Notes: a model not told the origin generated them from the sequence alone. Counted from the stretch's first letter, positions 38,580 through 49,348 are shown. The stretch is 64,000 nucleotides of DNA from Hyphomicrobiales bacterium (GCA_965275905.1 CBDHYJ010000078.1:83773-147772); one strand, 5' to 3'. Numbers and translations: made by a program.

Positions 38580-39893
38580 CTAGAAGAACCCGACCAGGAA
38601 CAGGGTCAGGACCGGGAAGGAGACGAGGATCACGACCCGGATAAAGTCCGAGATCAGGAACGGCATCACGCCGCGATAAGTCTCGCGCAGGGGCACGTCG
38701 CCCGCGAGCTTGTTGATGATGAAGACGTTCAGCCCAACGGGCGGCGTGATCAGCCCGACCTCCACGACAATGAGCGTGATGATGCCGAACCAGATGGCGG
38801 TGTGCTCCGGCGTCATGCCGAAATCGAGCGCCATGATCACGGGGAAGAAGATCGGGATGGTCAGGAGGATCATGGAAAGCGCGTCCATCACGCAGCCGAG
38901 GATCAGGTACATGACCAGGATCAGGACCAGGATGAGCGTCGGCGAATAACCGGTCGCCCCGACATACTGGGCAAGCGTCTGGGGGAGCTGCGTCTGGGTC
39001 AGGAACGCGTTAAAGACGTCGGCGCCGACGAGGATCATGTAGATCATGGCCGTTGCGACCGCCGTGCCGGTCAGGCTCTCGGCAAGCTGGGCGCGGGATA
39101 TGCCGTTCCAGACGGCGAGCGCGCCGGTGCCGAGCACACCGAAGGCTGCCGCTTCGGTCGGCGTGAAGACGCCGCCGTAAATGCCGCCGATGACGACGAT
39201 GAAGATCACCGCGGCGGGGGTCGCGCCCAGAAGGTCGCGCAGCCGCTGCTTGCCGCGTACGGCCTCGCCGGCCGGCCCGGCTTCGGGGTAAAGCCGCACA
39301 TAGACCGCCACCGCAATCATGTAGCCGACGGCTGCCATAAAGCCCGGAATGAAGGCGGCCAGGAACATCTTGGCGACGTTCTGCTCGGTCAGGATGGCGT
39401 AGATGACGAGTACGACCGAGGGCGGGATGAGAATGCCGAGCGTGCCGCCGGCGGCCAGCGTGCCGGTGGCGAGCGCGCCGGAATAGTTGAAGCGCTTCAT
39501 CTCCGGCAGGGTGACCTGACCCATGGTGGCAGCAGTGGCGAGTGACGAGCCGCAGATGGCGCCGAACATGGCGCAGCCGCCGATGGAGGCGATCGAGAGC
39601 CCGCCGCGCATGGAGCCGAACACGGCGTTGGCGGCCCGGAACAGTGCGCGCGAGACCCCGGCATGGGTCGCCAGATGGCCCATCAGCAAGAACAGCGGGA
39701 CCACCGAAAGGGAATAGGATGACAGCTGGTAATAGGGGCTGGTCTTGAGATAGGCGAGCAGGGGCACCCAGCCCGATACGGTGACATACCCGCCGATGCC
39801 GGCGACCAGCATGGAGATTGCGATCGGCACGCGGACCGCCATGAGGGCGAGCATGCACGCAATCACGATTGCCCCCGTTATCGGCCCCGACAT
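38580..39893 (-). CDS. dctM: TRAP transporter large permease
   Basis: VPLFLLMG, FGAICGSS, GGTLGILIPPS, FTPTEAA, ITPPVG. Confidence 0.95.
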   Translation of the reverse strand: MSGPITGAIVIACMLALMAVRVPIAISMLVAGIGGYVTVSGWVPLLAYLKTSPYYQLSSYSLSVVPLFLLMGHLATHAGVSRALFRAANAVFGSMRGGLSIASIGGCAMFGAICGSSLATAATMGQVTLPEMKRFNYSGALATGTLAAGGTLGILIPPSVVLVIYAILTEQNVAKMFLAAFIPGFMAAVGYMIAVAVYVRLYPEAGPAGEAVRGKQRLRDLLGATPAAVIFIVVIGGIYGGVFTPTEAAAFGVLGTGALAVWNGISRAQLAESLTGTAVATAMIYMILVGADVFNAFLTQTQLPQTLAQYVGATGYSPTLILVLILVMYLILGCVMDALSMILLTIPIFFPVIMALDFGMTPEHTAIWFGIITLIVVEVGLITPPVGLNVFIINKLAGDVPLRETYRGVMPFLISDFIRVVILVSFPVLTLFLVGFF

Positions 39894-39896
39894 GGC

Positions 39897-40430
39897 TTAT
39901 TCGAACTCCCCGACGGTGTGGGTGCTGAAACGGCCGTTGAGCGCGCGCCACGTGGTCAGCGCACCCACAAGGGTCAGCAGGGCCGTGCAGGGCACGAGCA
40001 CCAGAAAGCCCCACCATGTGCCGATCTGAAGGATCATGGTCTGATCGTTGAAGCGGTAGAGGTCGTAACCGCCGAGCCCGAGACGCCAGGTCAGCACGGC
40101 GAAGGCGAGCGTCAGCAGAATACAGCCGAACGCGTCGAGCAGGTTCCTGACGCGCTCCGGCGCCCGCAGGGTGAAGAAGTCGACGATGACGTTGCCGTTC
40201 TTGAGCTGGCAGTAAGGCAGGAAGGTCGAGACCGCGATGGCGCAGCCGACCTCGACCATCTCGAAATCGCCGGTGATCGGCGTGTTGAAGAGGTAACGGC
40301 CGAGCACGCTCACGACCGTGATGCCCGAAAGCACGACAAGCACCAGCGCACCGCCCATGGCAAGCACGCGGCATGCTCCTTCCAGAAGCATGACCGCGCG
40401 CGAGCCGTTTTGCGTATCGGATTCGCTCAT
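39897..40430 (-). CDS. dctQ: TRAP transporter small permease
   Basis: Four TM helices; GRYLFNTPI.G..E, NVIVDFF. Confidence 0.92.
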   Translation of the reverse strand: MSESDTQNGSRAVMLLEGACRVLAMGGALVLVVLSGITVVSVLGRYLFNTPITGDFEMVEVGCAIAVSTFLPYCQLKNGNVIVDFFTLRAPERVRNLLDAFGCILLTLAFAVLTWRLGLGGYDLYRFNDQTMILQIGTWWGFLVLVPCTALLTLVGALTTWRALNGRFSTHTVGEFE

Positions 40431-40460
40431 CAGGCGGGCCCGATCAGTGCCGGACCGGAT

Positions 40461-41492
40461 CTATTTCGAGTACTTGTCGAGCAGGGCGTTGGCGTCGTCG
40501 AACAGCATCTGCCCCTTGTCGCCGCGCGCCTTGATCCAGTCGTCGATCACGGGCCTTGTCTTCACCTTCAGTTGCTCGACCTCTTCTGCCGACAGAGCCA
40601 TGATTGTGTTTTCGCTCTTCTTGGAGACCGCGATACCGGTTTCCTCGGCCTTGTCCCAGATGATGCCCGTGCTCTTGGCCAGCGTCATGCCGGAGTTATT
40701 GTCGATCACCTTCTTGAGGTCGTCCGGCAGGCCTTCGTATTTCGCCTTGTTCATGGCGAAGACGAAGATCGCGGTGTAAAGCCCGCGCGGGCCGGGCGTT
40801 TCGGTGTGGTAGGGCGCAAGCTCGTTGACCTTGAGCGCCGGCACGATTTCCCACGGGATCACGGCACCGTCGACCACGCCCTTGGACAGGGCTTCGGGCA
40901 GGGCCGGAACCGGCATGAAGACCGGTGCGGCGCCGAGCTTCGACAGGGCCGTGCCGATGCCGCGGTTGGGCGCGCGCATCTTCTTGCCGTCCAGGTCGGC
41001 GATGCTCTTCACCGGGGCTTCGCGGGTGTGGAAGACACCGCGCGCGTGGGTATGGAACCACAGGGGGTGAACGTCCTTGAACTCTTCCCTGGCGTGCTTC
41101 TCGTAATATTCCTGCAGCGCCTGCGACGTGGCTTCTGCGTTCGACACCATGAACGGCAGCTCGAACGCCGAGATGATCGGGAAGCGGCCCGGTGAATAGC
41201 CCGGCAGCGCCCAGACGATGTCGGCAACGCCGTCACGGGCCTGATCCATGAGCTGCGGCGGCTTGCCGCCAAGCTGCATGGACGGATAGATCTCGACCTT
41301 GATGCGGCCGTTGGATTCCTTCTGAACCTTCTCCGCCCATGGCACGAGCACCTTGGCATGAGTGTTGTGCTTCGCCGGCAGGAAATGGTGAACCTTCAGG
41401 GTCACTTCCTGCGCGGCAGTCGTCGCCGCGGCGAAGGCCAGTCCGCCGGCCATGATGGCAACGGCGGCAATCGTCTTTTTCAGAGACATCAT
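40461..41492 (-). CDS. dctP: TRAP transporter substrate-binding protein
   Basis: Signal peptide; ESNGRIKVEIYPSMQLGG, DLDGKKMR, ALSKGVVDG. Confidence 0.93.
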   Translation of the reverse strand: MMSLKKTIAAVAIMAGGLAFAAATTAAQEVTLKVHHFLPAKHNTHAKVLVPWAEKVQKESNGRIKVEIYPSMQLGGKPPQLMDQARDGVADIVWALPGYSPGRFPIISAFELPFMVSNAEATSQALQEYYEKHAREEFKDVHPLWFHTHARGVFHTREAPVKSIADLDGKKMRAPNRGIGTALSKLGAAPVFMPVPALPEALSKGVVDGAVIPWEIVPALKVNELAPYHTETPGPRGLYTAIFVFAMNKAKYEGLPDDLKKVIDNNSGMTLAKSTGIIWDKAEETGIAVSKKSENTIMALSAEEVEQLKVKTRPVIDDWIKARGDKGQMLFDDANALLDKYSK

Positions 41493-41629
41493 GAATTCCC
41501 TCCCAGTATTTGACGTCTTTTCAGCCGCTTGGCGGATTTTCCGCACGGCCTCAGCGTTGTTTCGAGTTTTGCATGTGAGGTGATTTTCTAGCAACTCGTT
41601 ACTCTCCCTTGCTGGTGTTCCTCGCGATT

Positions 41630-41842
41630 TCAGTTGTCCTCGGGCCTGTCTGCAGCGGCGTCCAGAATCGACTTGAGCAGGTCGCCGTCGCCGACCTGAT
41701 TGGCCAGCAGCAGAACGAGGCGGGCATTGAGTGCAGCGCTCTGTTCGAAGGTAAGTCCGTCGTGCGCTTTCATCAGCGCTTCGTAGAAGTCGTCGCCGCC
41801 GGCCGCGAGCCGGTCTTTTCCGATATCGCCATTGCCGGCCAT
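41630..41842 (-). CDS. DUF2783 small protein (MhaB-like coupling protein)
   Basis: DDFYEALMKAH.GL...S..LNARLVLLLANQVGD. Confidence 0.85.
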   Translation of the reverse strand: MAGNGDIGKDRLAAGGDDFYEALMKAHDGLTFEQSAALNARLVLLLANQVGDGDLLKSILDAAADRPEDN

Positions 41843-43458
41843 TACATTTCACCCTTGAGCGCGGTTGCGCGTGCGGCGTCGAGCCCGGCGGCGTCGATCC
41901 GGTCGAACCGTGCCGCCACGTGCTGGTCGGGCCGGATCAGATAGGCGAGGCCCGAACCGTAACGCCCGGTTGCCAGGCCGGTTGTGTCGGAGAGGCAATC
42001 CCGGTCTTCCGGGCCGGCCGAAACACGGACATGGCGCATGCCGGCGACGGTATCGCTCCCGGCTTCGCCGCCGGGGCAGTCCCCGAACGAAAGGACGGTG
42101 AACTCGCCGCCAAGCTCGCCGAGGAGCCAGCCGGCCTTGCCGTTTGTCACCGGCGCGTCGAGGCACGGCTGACCCGGCAGAAGGCCATCGGCGCGGCTGT
42201 CCGTCTTCGGGCGGACCAGGCTTTCAAGCGAGCAGGGGACGGAAAGACGGCCGGAGTTCACCAGCTTTCGCGCGAACGGAAGATCGGACGCCAGGTCAAG
42301 GACGGAGTCCCGGAACAGGCGTTCCATGTCCGACTTGGGCGTCATGAAGCTCGTCGCCCGGCTGGAATTGCGCAGGTTCTCGTCGGCGCCGAACGTGCGC
42401 TCGCGATCGTAGCTTTCCAGCAATCCCGCCTGCGCATCGCCCCTGAGCACGGCGGCGAGCTTCCAGACCAGATTGTCGACGTCCTGGATGCCGCCATTGC
42501 CGCCGCGGGCGCCGAACGGCGAGACGATGTGGGCGCTGTCTCCAACGAAGATGACGCGGTCGTGCACGAAGCGGTCGATGCGGCGGCACTGGAAGGTGTA
42601 GACCGAGACCCAGTCGATTTCGAACGGCCGGTCGCCGACCATGGCCCTGATCCGGGGCAACACGTTCTCGGGCTTCTTCTCTTCTTCCGGGTCAGCGTCG
42701 GGACCCAGTTGCAGGTCGATGCGGTAGATGTCGTCGGGCTGCTTGTGCAGGAGTGCCGAGCGGCCGCTGTGGAAGGGCGGCTCGAACCAGAACCAGCGTT
42801 CCGAGGGGAACTCCGCCTTCATCTCGACATCGCAGATCAGGAATCGCTCCTCGAACACCTCGCCGGCGAAGTCGAGGCCCATCATGGCGCGGACCGGCGA
42901 TCTGGCGCCATCGCAGGCGAGCAGGTAGTCGCCTTCAACCGTATAGCTGCCGTCGGGCGTCTCGACCCCGGCGCGGACGCCGTCGCCGGTCTGCTCTACG
43001 CCCGTGACCCGGTTGTTCCAGCGCAGGTCGATCAGATCGGGGAATTCGCGAGCGCGCTCGACCAGATACTGTTCGACGTAATACTGCTGCAGATTGATGA
43101 AGGCCGGCATCTTGTGGCCGTCCTCGGGCAGCAGGTCAAAATTGTAGACCTCCCGGTCGCCGTGGAAGAGCCGCCCGACCTGCCACGTCACGCCCTTCTT
43201 AAGCATGCGGTCGCCGACCCCCAGCCGGTCGAAGATCTCCAGCGTCCGCTTGGCCCAGCAGATCGCCCGCGAGCCGACCGAAACCACGTTGTTGTCGTCG
43301 AGCACCACGCTTTCGATGCCGTGGAGCGCGAGGTCGATCGCCGCGGCGAGCCCGATGGGCCCGGCACCGACAATGACGACCGGCCAGCGGCGTCCCTCGA
43401 CACCGCTCAGTTCAGGCGGCGTCTCGTAGTCGAACGGTGTGTATTTGTAACGCGCCAC
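41842..43458 (-). CDS. FAD-dependent aromatic monooxygenase (MhaA-like)
   Basis: IVGAGPIGL, LACDGARS, VGDSAHIVSPFGARGGNGGIQD, YLIRPDQHVAAR; GTG start. Confidence 0.9.
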   Translation of the reverse strand: MARYKYTPFDYETPPELSGVEGRRWPVVIVGAGPIGLAAAIDLALHGIESVVLDDNNVVSVGSRAICWAKRTLEIFDRLGVGDRMLKKGVTWQVGRLFHGDREVYNFDLLPEDGHKMPAFINLQQYYVEQYLVERAREFPDLIDLRWNNRVTGVEQTGDGVRAGVETPDGSYTVEGDYLLACDGARSPVRAMMGLDFAGEVFEERFLICDVEMKAEFPSERWFWFEPPFHSGRSALLHKQPDDIYRIDLQLGPDADPEEEKKPENVLPRIRAMVGDRPFEIDWVSVYTFQCRRIDRFVHDRVIFVGDSAHIVSPFGARGGNGGIQDVDNLVWKLAAVLRGDAQAGLLESYDRERTFGADENLRNSSRATSFMTPKSDMERLFRDSVLDLASDLPFARKLVNSGRLSVPCSLESLVRPKTDSRADGLLPGQPCLDAPVTNGKAGWLLGELGGEFTVLSFGDCPGGEAGSDTVAGMRHVRVSAGPEDRDCLSDTTGLATGRYGSGLAYLIRPDQHVAARFDRIDAAGLDAARATALKGEM

Positions 43459-43462
43459 GTGA

Positions 43463-44413
43463 CTATCCCTGCAGAGCGTTCCACATTTCGATGTCGCGCT
43501 CGTTGGTCCAGATGCGCGGCGTGTCCATGCCCAACGCCTCGTCATAAGCGCGCGATACGTTGAACGGCAGGCAGTGCTCGTAGATCGCGTAGTCCGCGAA
43601 CTTCTCGTCGCAGGCCGCCCGGCAGGCGTCCCAGGCTTCCTTGAGGTCACCGCCACGCGCTGCCACGGCCGCGATCGGGTCGTAGGTCGAGCGCAGGAAA
43701 TCGCGCGTAAGCGCAATGGCTTCGGCGACCTTGTCCGGATCGGCGAGCGCGTCGCCGCGGCCGGGCGCGATCGCCTCCGGCCGGAATGTTGCAATGGCGT
43801 CGAGCGTGCCCTGCCAGTCCGCGAAGTGGCCGTCGCCGCAATAGCAGGCCGACTTGTACTCGACGATGTCGCCGGAGAACATGACCCGGGAATCCGGGAC
43901 CCAGGCAACGATGTCGCCGGCGGTGTGCGCACGGCCCAGATGCATCAGATCGACCCGGCGCTTGCCCATGTAGACCGTCATTTTGTCCTTGAAGGTCATG
44001 GTCGGCCAGGTGAGGCCGGGAATGCTGTCGGCGGCCTGGAACAGGCGCGGGAAACGGGCGAATTCGGAGTCCCAGTCTTCCTGGCCGCGTTCGTGAATCA
44101 TGGCCCGGCAGGTTTCGGACGCGATGATCTGCTCGGCATCGTAGGCGGATGCGCCGAGGACGCGCACGGCGTGATAGTGGGACAGCACGACATACTTTAT
44201 GGGTTTGTCGGTGACGCCGCGGATCTGCTCGATCACCAGGTTGGCCATGACAGGCGTAGCCTGGGCGTCGACAATCATGACGCTGTCGTCGCCGATGATG
44301 ACGCCCGTGTTGGGGTCGCCCTCTGCGGTGAAGGCGTAGAGGCCTTCGCCGAGTTGCGTGAACGAAATCTTCTTTTCCTCAAGGTCGCCTTGCGACGCGA
44401 ATGCCTTGGCCAT
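43463..44413 (-). CDS. MBL-fold metallohydrolase associated with homogentisate clusters
   Basis: GDPNTG, LSHYHAVR, RAHTAGD, FSGDIVE, APGRG. Confidence 0.88.
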   Translation of the reverse strand: MAKAFASQGDLEEKKISFTQLGEGLYAFTAEGDPNTGVIIGDDSVMIVDAQATPVMANLVIEQIRGVTDKPIKYVVLSHYHAVRVLGASAYDAEQIIASETCRAMIHERGQEDWDSEFARFPRLFQAADSIPGLTWPTMTFKDKMTVYMGKRRVDLMHLGRAHTAGDIVAWVPDSRVMFSGDIVEYKSACYCGDGHFADWQGTLDAIATFRPEAIAPGRGDALADPDKVAEAIALTRDFLRSTYDPIAAVAARGGDLKEAWDACRAACDEKFADYAIYEHCLPFNVSRAYDEALGMDTPRIWTNERDIEMWNALQG

Positions 44414-44447
44414 GTCCTGCCGTCCGTCCCTTGTCTCTGCGCCCGTT

Positions 44448-45461
44448 TCAGGGCTTGTATTGCTGTACGGTCTGTTCGATCGCTCCGAAAACCGAATTGC
44501 CGCCGCTGTCGAGCATCTCGATGCGCACCGTGTCACCGAACGCCATGAACGGCGTCTCCGGCTTGCCTGAATTTATCGTCTCGATCATGCGGATCTCGGC
44601 GATGCACGAGTAGCCGACGCCGCCTTCGGCGACCGGCTTGCCGGGGCCGCCGTCGAGCTTGTTCGAAACCGTGCCCGATCCGATGATGGTCCCGGCGGAA
44701 AGCGGGCGGCTCTTGGCGGCGTGCGCGATCAGGGTCGGGAAGTCGAACGTCATGTCGATGCCGGCCTCGGCGCGGCCGAAGGGCTCGCCGTTATAGTCGA
44801 CCCGCAGCGGCAACGAGAGCTTGCCGCCGTCCCAGGCGTCTCCGAGTTCGTCGGGCGTTACCGCCACAGGCGTAAAGGCGGAAGAGGGCTTGGACTGGAA
44901 GAAGCCGAACCCCTTGCCGAGTTCGGCCGGAATCAGGCCGCGCAGCGAAACGTCGTTCACCAGCATGATCAGCCGGATGGCGGCGCGCGCCTGGTCTGTG
45001 CTAGCACCCATGGCCACGTCGTCGACGATGACGGCGACCTCGCCTTCCATGTCGATGCCCCAGGCCTCGTCGGCCAGCATGATCGGATCGCGCGGAGCCA
45101 GGAAGGCGTCGGAGCCGCCCTGGTACATCAGCGGATCGGTCCAGAAGCTCTCCGGCATCTCCGCGCCGCGCGCCTTGCGCACGAGCTCCACATGATTGAC
45201 GTAGGCCGAGCCGTCCGCCCACTGATAGGCGCGCGGCAGGGGCGAGAGCGCCTGATGCTCGTCGAACGGCATGGACGGGCCGTCGCCTCTGTCGAGCACG
45301 TGGGACATCTCCCTCAGGCGCGGTTCGCATTCCGCCCAGTCGTCGAGGGCCGCCTGCAGGGTCGGGGCCACGACGGAGGCGTCGGCGCAGCGGGCGAGGT
45401 CACGGGAGACAACGGCCAGTGCGCCGTCCCGTGTGCCGTTGCGTAGTGTCGCAAGCTTCAT
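44448..45461 (-). CDS. Fumarylacetoacetate hydrolase-family protein
   Basis: PLPRAYQWADGSAY, IDMEGE, NDVSLR, FFQSKP, GSGTVSN. Confidence 0.92.
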   Translation of the reverse strand: MKLATLRNGTRDGALAVVSRDLARCADASVVAPTLQAALDDWAECEPRLREMSHVLDRGDGPSMPFDEHQALSPLPRAYQWADGSAYVNHVELVRKARGAEMPESFWTDPLMYQGGSDAFLAPRDPIMLADEAWGIDMEGEVAVIVDDVAMGASTDQARAAIRLIMLVNDVSLRGLIPAELGKGFGFFQSKPSSAFTPVAVTPDELGDAWDGGKLSLPLRVDYNGEPFGRAEAGIDMTFDFPTLIAHAAKSRPLSAGTIIGSGTVSNKLDGGPGKPVAEGGVGYSCIAEIRMIETINSGKPETPFMAFGDTVRIEMLDSGGNSVFGAIEQTVQQYKP

Positions 45462-45489
45462 GAAAAACCCTTCGTTGTTCCGGCCGCCG

Positions 45490-46788
45490 TCACGGCGTTC
45501 CGTTGAATTTCTTTTCGAGGCCGGTCCAGCAGTCGGTATAGCCGTGATCGAGCGTCTCCAGCTCCACCGCGAAACGGGTCAGGTGCTGCGGGAACCGGGT
45601 CTCGAACATGAAGGCGAGCGTATCCGTCAGCTTTTCGGGTTTCAGCTCGGTATTGCTCGCGCCCTCGAACGCATTTGTGTCGGGACCATGCGGCAGCATG
45701 CAGTTGTGCAGGCTCATGCCGCCCGGCACGAAGCCGTCGGGCTTGGCGTCGTAGACGCCTTCGATGAGTCCCATGAACTCCGACATGATGTTGAGATGGT
45801 ACCAGGGCGGACGGAAGGAATGCTCCGCGACCATCCAGCGCTCGGGGAAGATGACGAAATCGATATTGGCCGTGCCGGGGGTCTCGGACGGTGCGGTCAG
45901 CACGGTGAAAATCGACGGATCGGGGTGATCGAACAGGATGGCGCCGACCGGTGAGAATGTCTTGAGGTCGTATTTGCAGGGCGTGTAGTTGCCGTGCCAC
46001 GCGACGACGTCGAGCGGCGAATGTCCGAGTTCGGTGCGGTGGAAGCCGCCGCACCACTTGACGGTGAGCGTGCAGGGCGTTTCCTTTTCCTCGTATGCGG
46101 CGACCGGCGTCTTGAAGTCGCGCGGATTGGCCAGGCAGTTCGCGCCGATCGGTCCTCGGTCCGGCAGGGTGAACTTTGCGCCGTAGTTCTCGCACATGTA
46201 GCCGCGCGCCTGGTCGTCGAGCAGCTCGACCTTGAATTTCATGCCGCGCGGGATGACGCAGATGTCGCCGGGCCCGACCTCCATTCGGCCGAGCTCCGTG
46301 AAGAAGACCATCCGGCCCATCTGCGGAACGACCAGCATCTCGCCGTCGGCGCTGTAAAAATAGTCGTCCACCATTGAGGTATTGGCGAGATAGACATGGG
46401 CGGCCATGCCGGCCTGGGTATTGACGTCGCCCGCGGTCGTCATGGTGCGCATGCCCGTGATGAACGTGCAGGGTTCGCCCGGGACGGGAACGGGGCCCCA
46501 GCGCAACTGCGTGATTGGCATGTCGTGATCGTCGATGCACGGCGCGGTCTTCCAGTAGGGCAGGTCGATGCGGGCAAACGTGCCGCTGTGCCGGACCGAC
46601 GGCCTCATCCGGTAAAGCCAGGAGCGCTCGTTTTCGCCGCGCGGGGCCGTGAAGGGAGAGCCTGAAAGCTGTTCGGCGTAAAGGCCGTATGCGCATTTCT
46701 GCGGCGAGTTCTGTCCCTGAGGGAGGGCACCTTCGAGCGCTTCCGTCTCGAAGTCGTTTCCGAAACCCGGCATGTATGCGTTCGACAT
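45490..46788 (-). CDS. hmgA: Homogentisate 1,2-dioxygenase
   Basis: [54 protein letters not shown]. Confidence 0.97.
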   Translation of the reverse strand: MSNAYMPGFGNDFETEALEGALPQGQNSPQKCAYGLYAEQLSGSPFTAPRGENERSWLYRMRPSVRHSGTFARIDLPYWKTAPCIDDHDMPITQLRWGPVPVPGEPCTFITGMRTMTTAGDVNTQAGMAAHVYLANTSMVDDYFYSADGEMLVVPQMGRMVFFTELGRMEVGPGDICVIPRGMKFKVELLDDQARGYMCENYGAKFTLPDRGPIGANCLANPRDFKTPVAAYEEKETPCTLTVKWCGGFHRTELGHSPLDVVAWHGNYTPCKYDLKTFSPVGAILFDHPDPSIFTVLTAPSETPGTANIDFVIFPERWMVAEHSFRPPWYHLNIMSEFMGLIEGVYDAKPDGFVPGGMSLHNCMLPHGPDTNAFEGASNTELKPEKLTDTLAFMFETRFPQHLTRFAVELETLDHGYTDCWTGLEKKFNGTP

Positions 46789-46828
46789 GGTTGTACCTGT
46801 ATCGTCCGTGGGATAGTACTTTCGTATA

Positions 46829-46848
46829 ATAGTTTCACATGCAACTAT
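46829..46848. promoter_or_regulatory. Palindromic operator between divergent hmgA and marR, probably bound by the adjacent MarR
   Basis: ATAGTTTCACATGCAACTAT is a near-perfect inverted repeat overlapping TATAAT (+) and lying within a TTGATA-N17-TATACG (-) promoter-like spacing. Confidence 0.7.
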
Positions 46849-46888
46849 CAAGGCCGCATCTCGATCGAGGAGACGAATCCGTAGAAGC

Positions 46889-47341
46889 ATGGCTGAAGAA
46901 TTCAATCTCAACGCGTTCCTGCCATTCCGGCTGAACCGTGTCGCGGCGGTTGTGTCGAGCCGGATGTCGGAGATCTACAGCGACCGTTTCGGCATCGATA
47001 TTCCGGAGTGGCGGGTCATGGCGACGCTCGGGGCCGAGGAGCCGACCACGGCGCAGGCCGTCGTGCGCTCGACGCGCACGCACAAGTCGACAATCAGCCG
47101 GGCCGTGGCGCGGCTGATTGATCTGGGCTGGATCGAGCGCGTCACCTCCGGCGACGACCGCCGTGAGCTGCAACTCCGGTTCACGGCGAAGGGGCGCGAA
47201 AAGTTCGACGCTCTGCTGCCGGATGTGCTTGCCTTCGAGCGCGCCCTGTACGAGACATTGCCGGAGGACGCGCGCGGGCGCCTGCTTGATGGGCTGGCGG
47301 AGCTTGAGCGGGCCCTCGGCCTCGACGAGAATTCGGATTGA
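46889..47341 (+). CDS. MarR-family regulator
   Basis: [31 protein letters not shown]...DDRR...L.FT.KG. Confidence 0.93.
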   Translation: MAEEFNLNAFLPFRLNRVAAVVSSRMSEIYSDRFGIDIPEWRVMATLGAEEPTTAQAVVRSTRTHKSTISRAVARLIDLGWIERVTSGDDRRELQLRFTAKGREKFDALLPDVLAFERALYETLPEDARGRLLDGLAELERALGLDENSD

Positions 47342-47353
47342 CGGGTGACAGGT

Positions 47354-48058
47354 ATGGCTGAGAACGAAATCGTCCAGGATGTCGAAACGCCGCTCGACAT
47401 GTTCAGACAGTGCCTGGACGTGACGGGCCGGACGGTGGTCGATGTCGGATGCGGGAGGGGCGGCAATGCCCGCGCTATTGCGCGGCTGGGTGCCGATGTC
47501 ATTGCCATCGAGGTCGAGCAGGCCCGTGTCGATGCCGCCGTGGCGGCCGACGAGGAGGGGCTTGCCCGCTACGCTCTCGGTTTCGCACAGGATCTGCCGG
47601 TCGAGGATGGCTCGGCTGATGTGATGGCCTATTTCAATTCGTTTCATCACGTGCCGGGGGACGCTCACGATGCAACGTTCGCCGAGATGGTGCGCGTCCT
47701 CAAACCCGGCGGAACCGTCTACATCCAGGAACCCGTGGCCAGGGGCTCGTATTACGATGTTACCCGACTGATCGACGATGAGGCCGCGCTCTACGATCTT
47801 GTCGAAGGCCGTCTTCACGGCGGATTTGACGGGCTTCCCCTTTCGGTGACGGCGCGCCATCGCTTCAAGATGTTCAATGTGTTTCCCGCTCCCGACCAGA
47901 TGAAGGCCTCGAGCCTCGTGGTCGATCCGGGGCGTCAGGCGGCGTTCGACCGCGTCGGCGAGGAATTCGATCGCGTCTTTCACGAGCGCGGTGAAGTCAT
48001 CGCTGAAGGAATCCGGTTCGATCATCACTACCGGGCAACGGTTCTGCGCCGGGACTGA
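47354..48058 (+). CDS. Class I SAM-dependent methyltransferase
   Basis: VVDVGCGRG, SFHHVP, EMVRVLKPGG. Confidence 0.9.
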   Translation: MAENEIVQDVETPLDMFRQCLDVTGRTVVDVGCGRGGNARAIARLGADVIAIEVEQARVDAAVAADEEGLARYALGFAQDLPVEDGSADVMAYFNSFHHVPGDAHDATFAEMVRVLKPGGTVYIQEPVARGSYYDVTRLIDDEAALYDLVEGRLHGGFDGLPLSVTARHRFKMFNVFPAPDQMKASSLVVDPGRQAAFDRVGEEFDRVFHERGEVIAEGIRFDHHYRATVLRRD

Positions 48059-48129
48059 TCGGTATTTCCATATTGACTTGATGCCGGCCTGCCGGTCCGA
48101 TGGCGGCGGGATCAGTGTCGAGGGCGATC

Positions 48130-49164
48130 ATGCGATCATCGAAGGTTCTGCACGTGGTGAGCTGTCACGCCGAGGGTGAAGTCGGCGACGTCATTGTCGG
48201 CGGTGCCGCGCCGCCGCCGGGCGAGACGCTGTGGGAACAGTCGCGCTGGATCGCTGAAGACCAGAGTTTGAGAAACTTCGTTCTCAACGAACCGCGCGGC
48301 GGGGTGTTCCGGCACGTCAACCTGCTGGTCCCGCCGAAGGATCCGCGCGCCGATTTCGGCTGGATCGTCATGGAGCCGGAAGACACGCCGCCCATGTCAG
48401 GCTCGAATTCCATGTGCGTGGCGACTGTCCTGCTCGATACCGGCATGGTGCCGATGACCGAGCCGGAGACGACGGTCATGCTGGAAGCGCCAGGCGGGCT
48501 GGTCGAGGCGCGGGTGGCCTGCCGGAACGGCAAGGCGGAGCGGGTGACGACGCGCAACCTGCCGTCCTTCGTCGACCGGCTGGATGCGGATCTCGAAGTG
48601 CCGGGCGTCGGCACGCTCAAGGTGGACACGGCCTATGGCGGCGACAGTTTCGTCATTGTCGATGCTCAAACGCTCGGTTTTTCACTCGCGGCAGACGAGG
48701 CGCGCGACATCGCCAGGACCGGCATCGCCATCACCAATGCGGCGAACGAGCAGCTCGGCTTCACCCATCCGGAAAACCCGGACTGGGCGCATATCTCGTT
48801 CTGCCAGATCGCCATGCCCCTTGAGGAGGACGACGGCGTTTTGTCGGGGCGCAACGCGGTCGCGATCCAGCCGGGCAAGCTCGACCGCTCGCCTTGCGGG
48901 ACCGGCTGTTCGGCGCGCATGGCGGTGCTGCACGCGCGCGGGCAGCTCAAGACCGGCGACCGCTTCACCGGACGCTCGATCATCGGCTCGCGGTTCGACT
49001 GCACGGTCGAGGCGGAGACGACGGTCGGCGACAGGCCGGCGATCGTCCCGACGATCTCGGGCCGCGCCTGGATCACCGGCATCCACCAGCACATGCTCGA
49101 CCCGGACGACCCGTGGCCCGGCGGCTACAAGCTCGGCGACACCTGGCCCATGCTGGGGGAGTAA
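48130..49164 (+). CDS. Proline racemase superfamily protein (Ser/Cys catalytic pair)
   Basis: [28 protein letters not shown]. Confidence 0.92.
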   Translation: MRSSKVLHVVSCHAEGEVGDVIVGGAAPPPGETLWEQSRWIAEDQSLRNFVLNEPRGGVFRHVNLLVPPKDPRADFGWIVMEPEDTPPMSGSNSMCVATVLLDTGMVPMTEPETTVMLEAPGGLVEARVACRNGKAERVTTRNLPSFVDRLDADLEVPGVGTLKVDTAYGGDSFVIVDAQTLGFSLAADEARDIARTGIAITNAANEQLGFTHPENPDWAHISFCQIAMPLEEDDGVLSGRNAVAIQPGKLDRSPCGTGCSARMAVLHARGQLKTGDRFTGRSIIGSRFDCTVEAETTVGDRPAIVPTISGRAWITGIHQHMLDPDDPWPGGYKLGDTWPMLGE

Positions 49165-49173
49165 GGTTTTTAC

Positions 49174-49243
49174 TGTCACCCTCGTGCTCGACACGAGGGT
49201 CTGCGGCGAAACGCAGATGCTCGTGTCGAGCACGAGCATGACA
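49174..49243. repeat. REP/RIME-like palindromic element 1
   Basis: TGTCACCCTCGTGCTCGACACGAGGG ... TGCTCGTGTCGAGCACGAGCATGACA: two hairpins that are inverted copies of each other around a central hairpin. Confidence 0.8.
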
Positions 49244-49263
49244 TCTGTTGGGTTCTGCAGGCT

Positions 49264-49348
49264 GTTCCCCGGACTTGATCCGGGGCCCAGCGGCGGATGC
49301 TGCGGTAGTTGGTTGGTGTAAATAGGCCCCGGCTCGGAGGCGGGGAAC
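49264..49348. repeat. REP/RIME-like palindromic element 2 (degenerate)
   Basis: GTTCCCCGGACTTGATCCGGGGCC ... GGCCCCGGCTCGGAGGCGGGGAAC. Confidence 0.65.
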
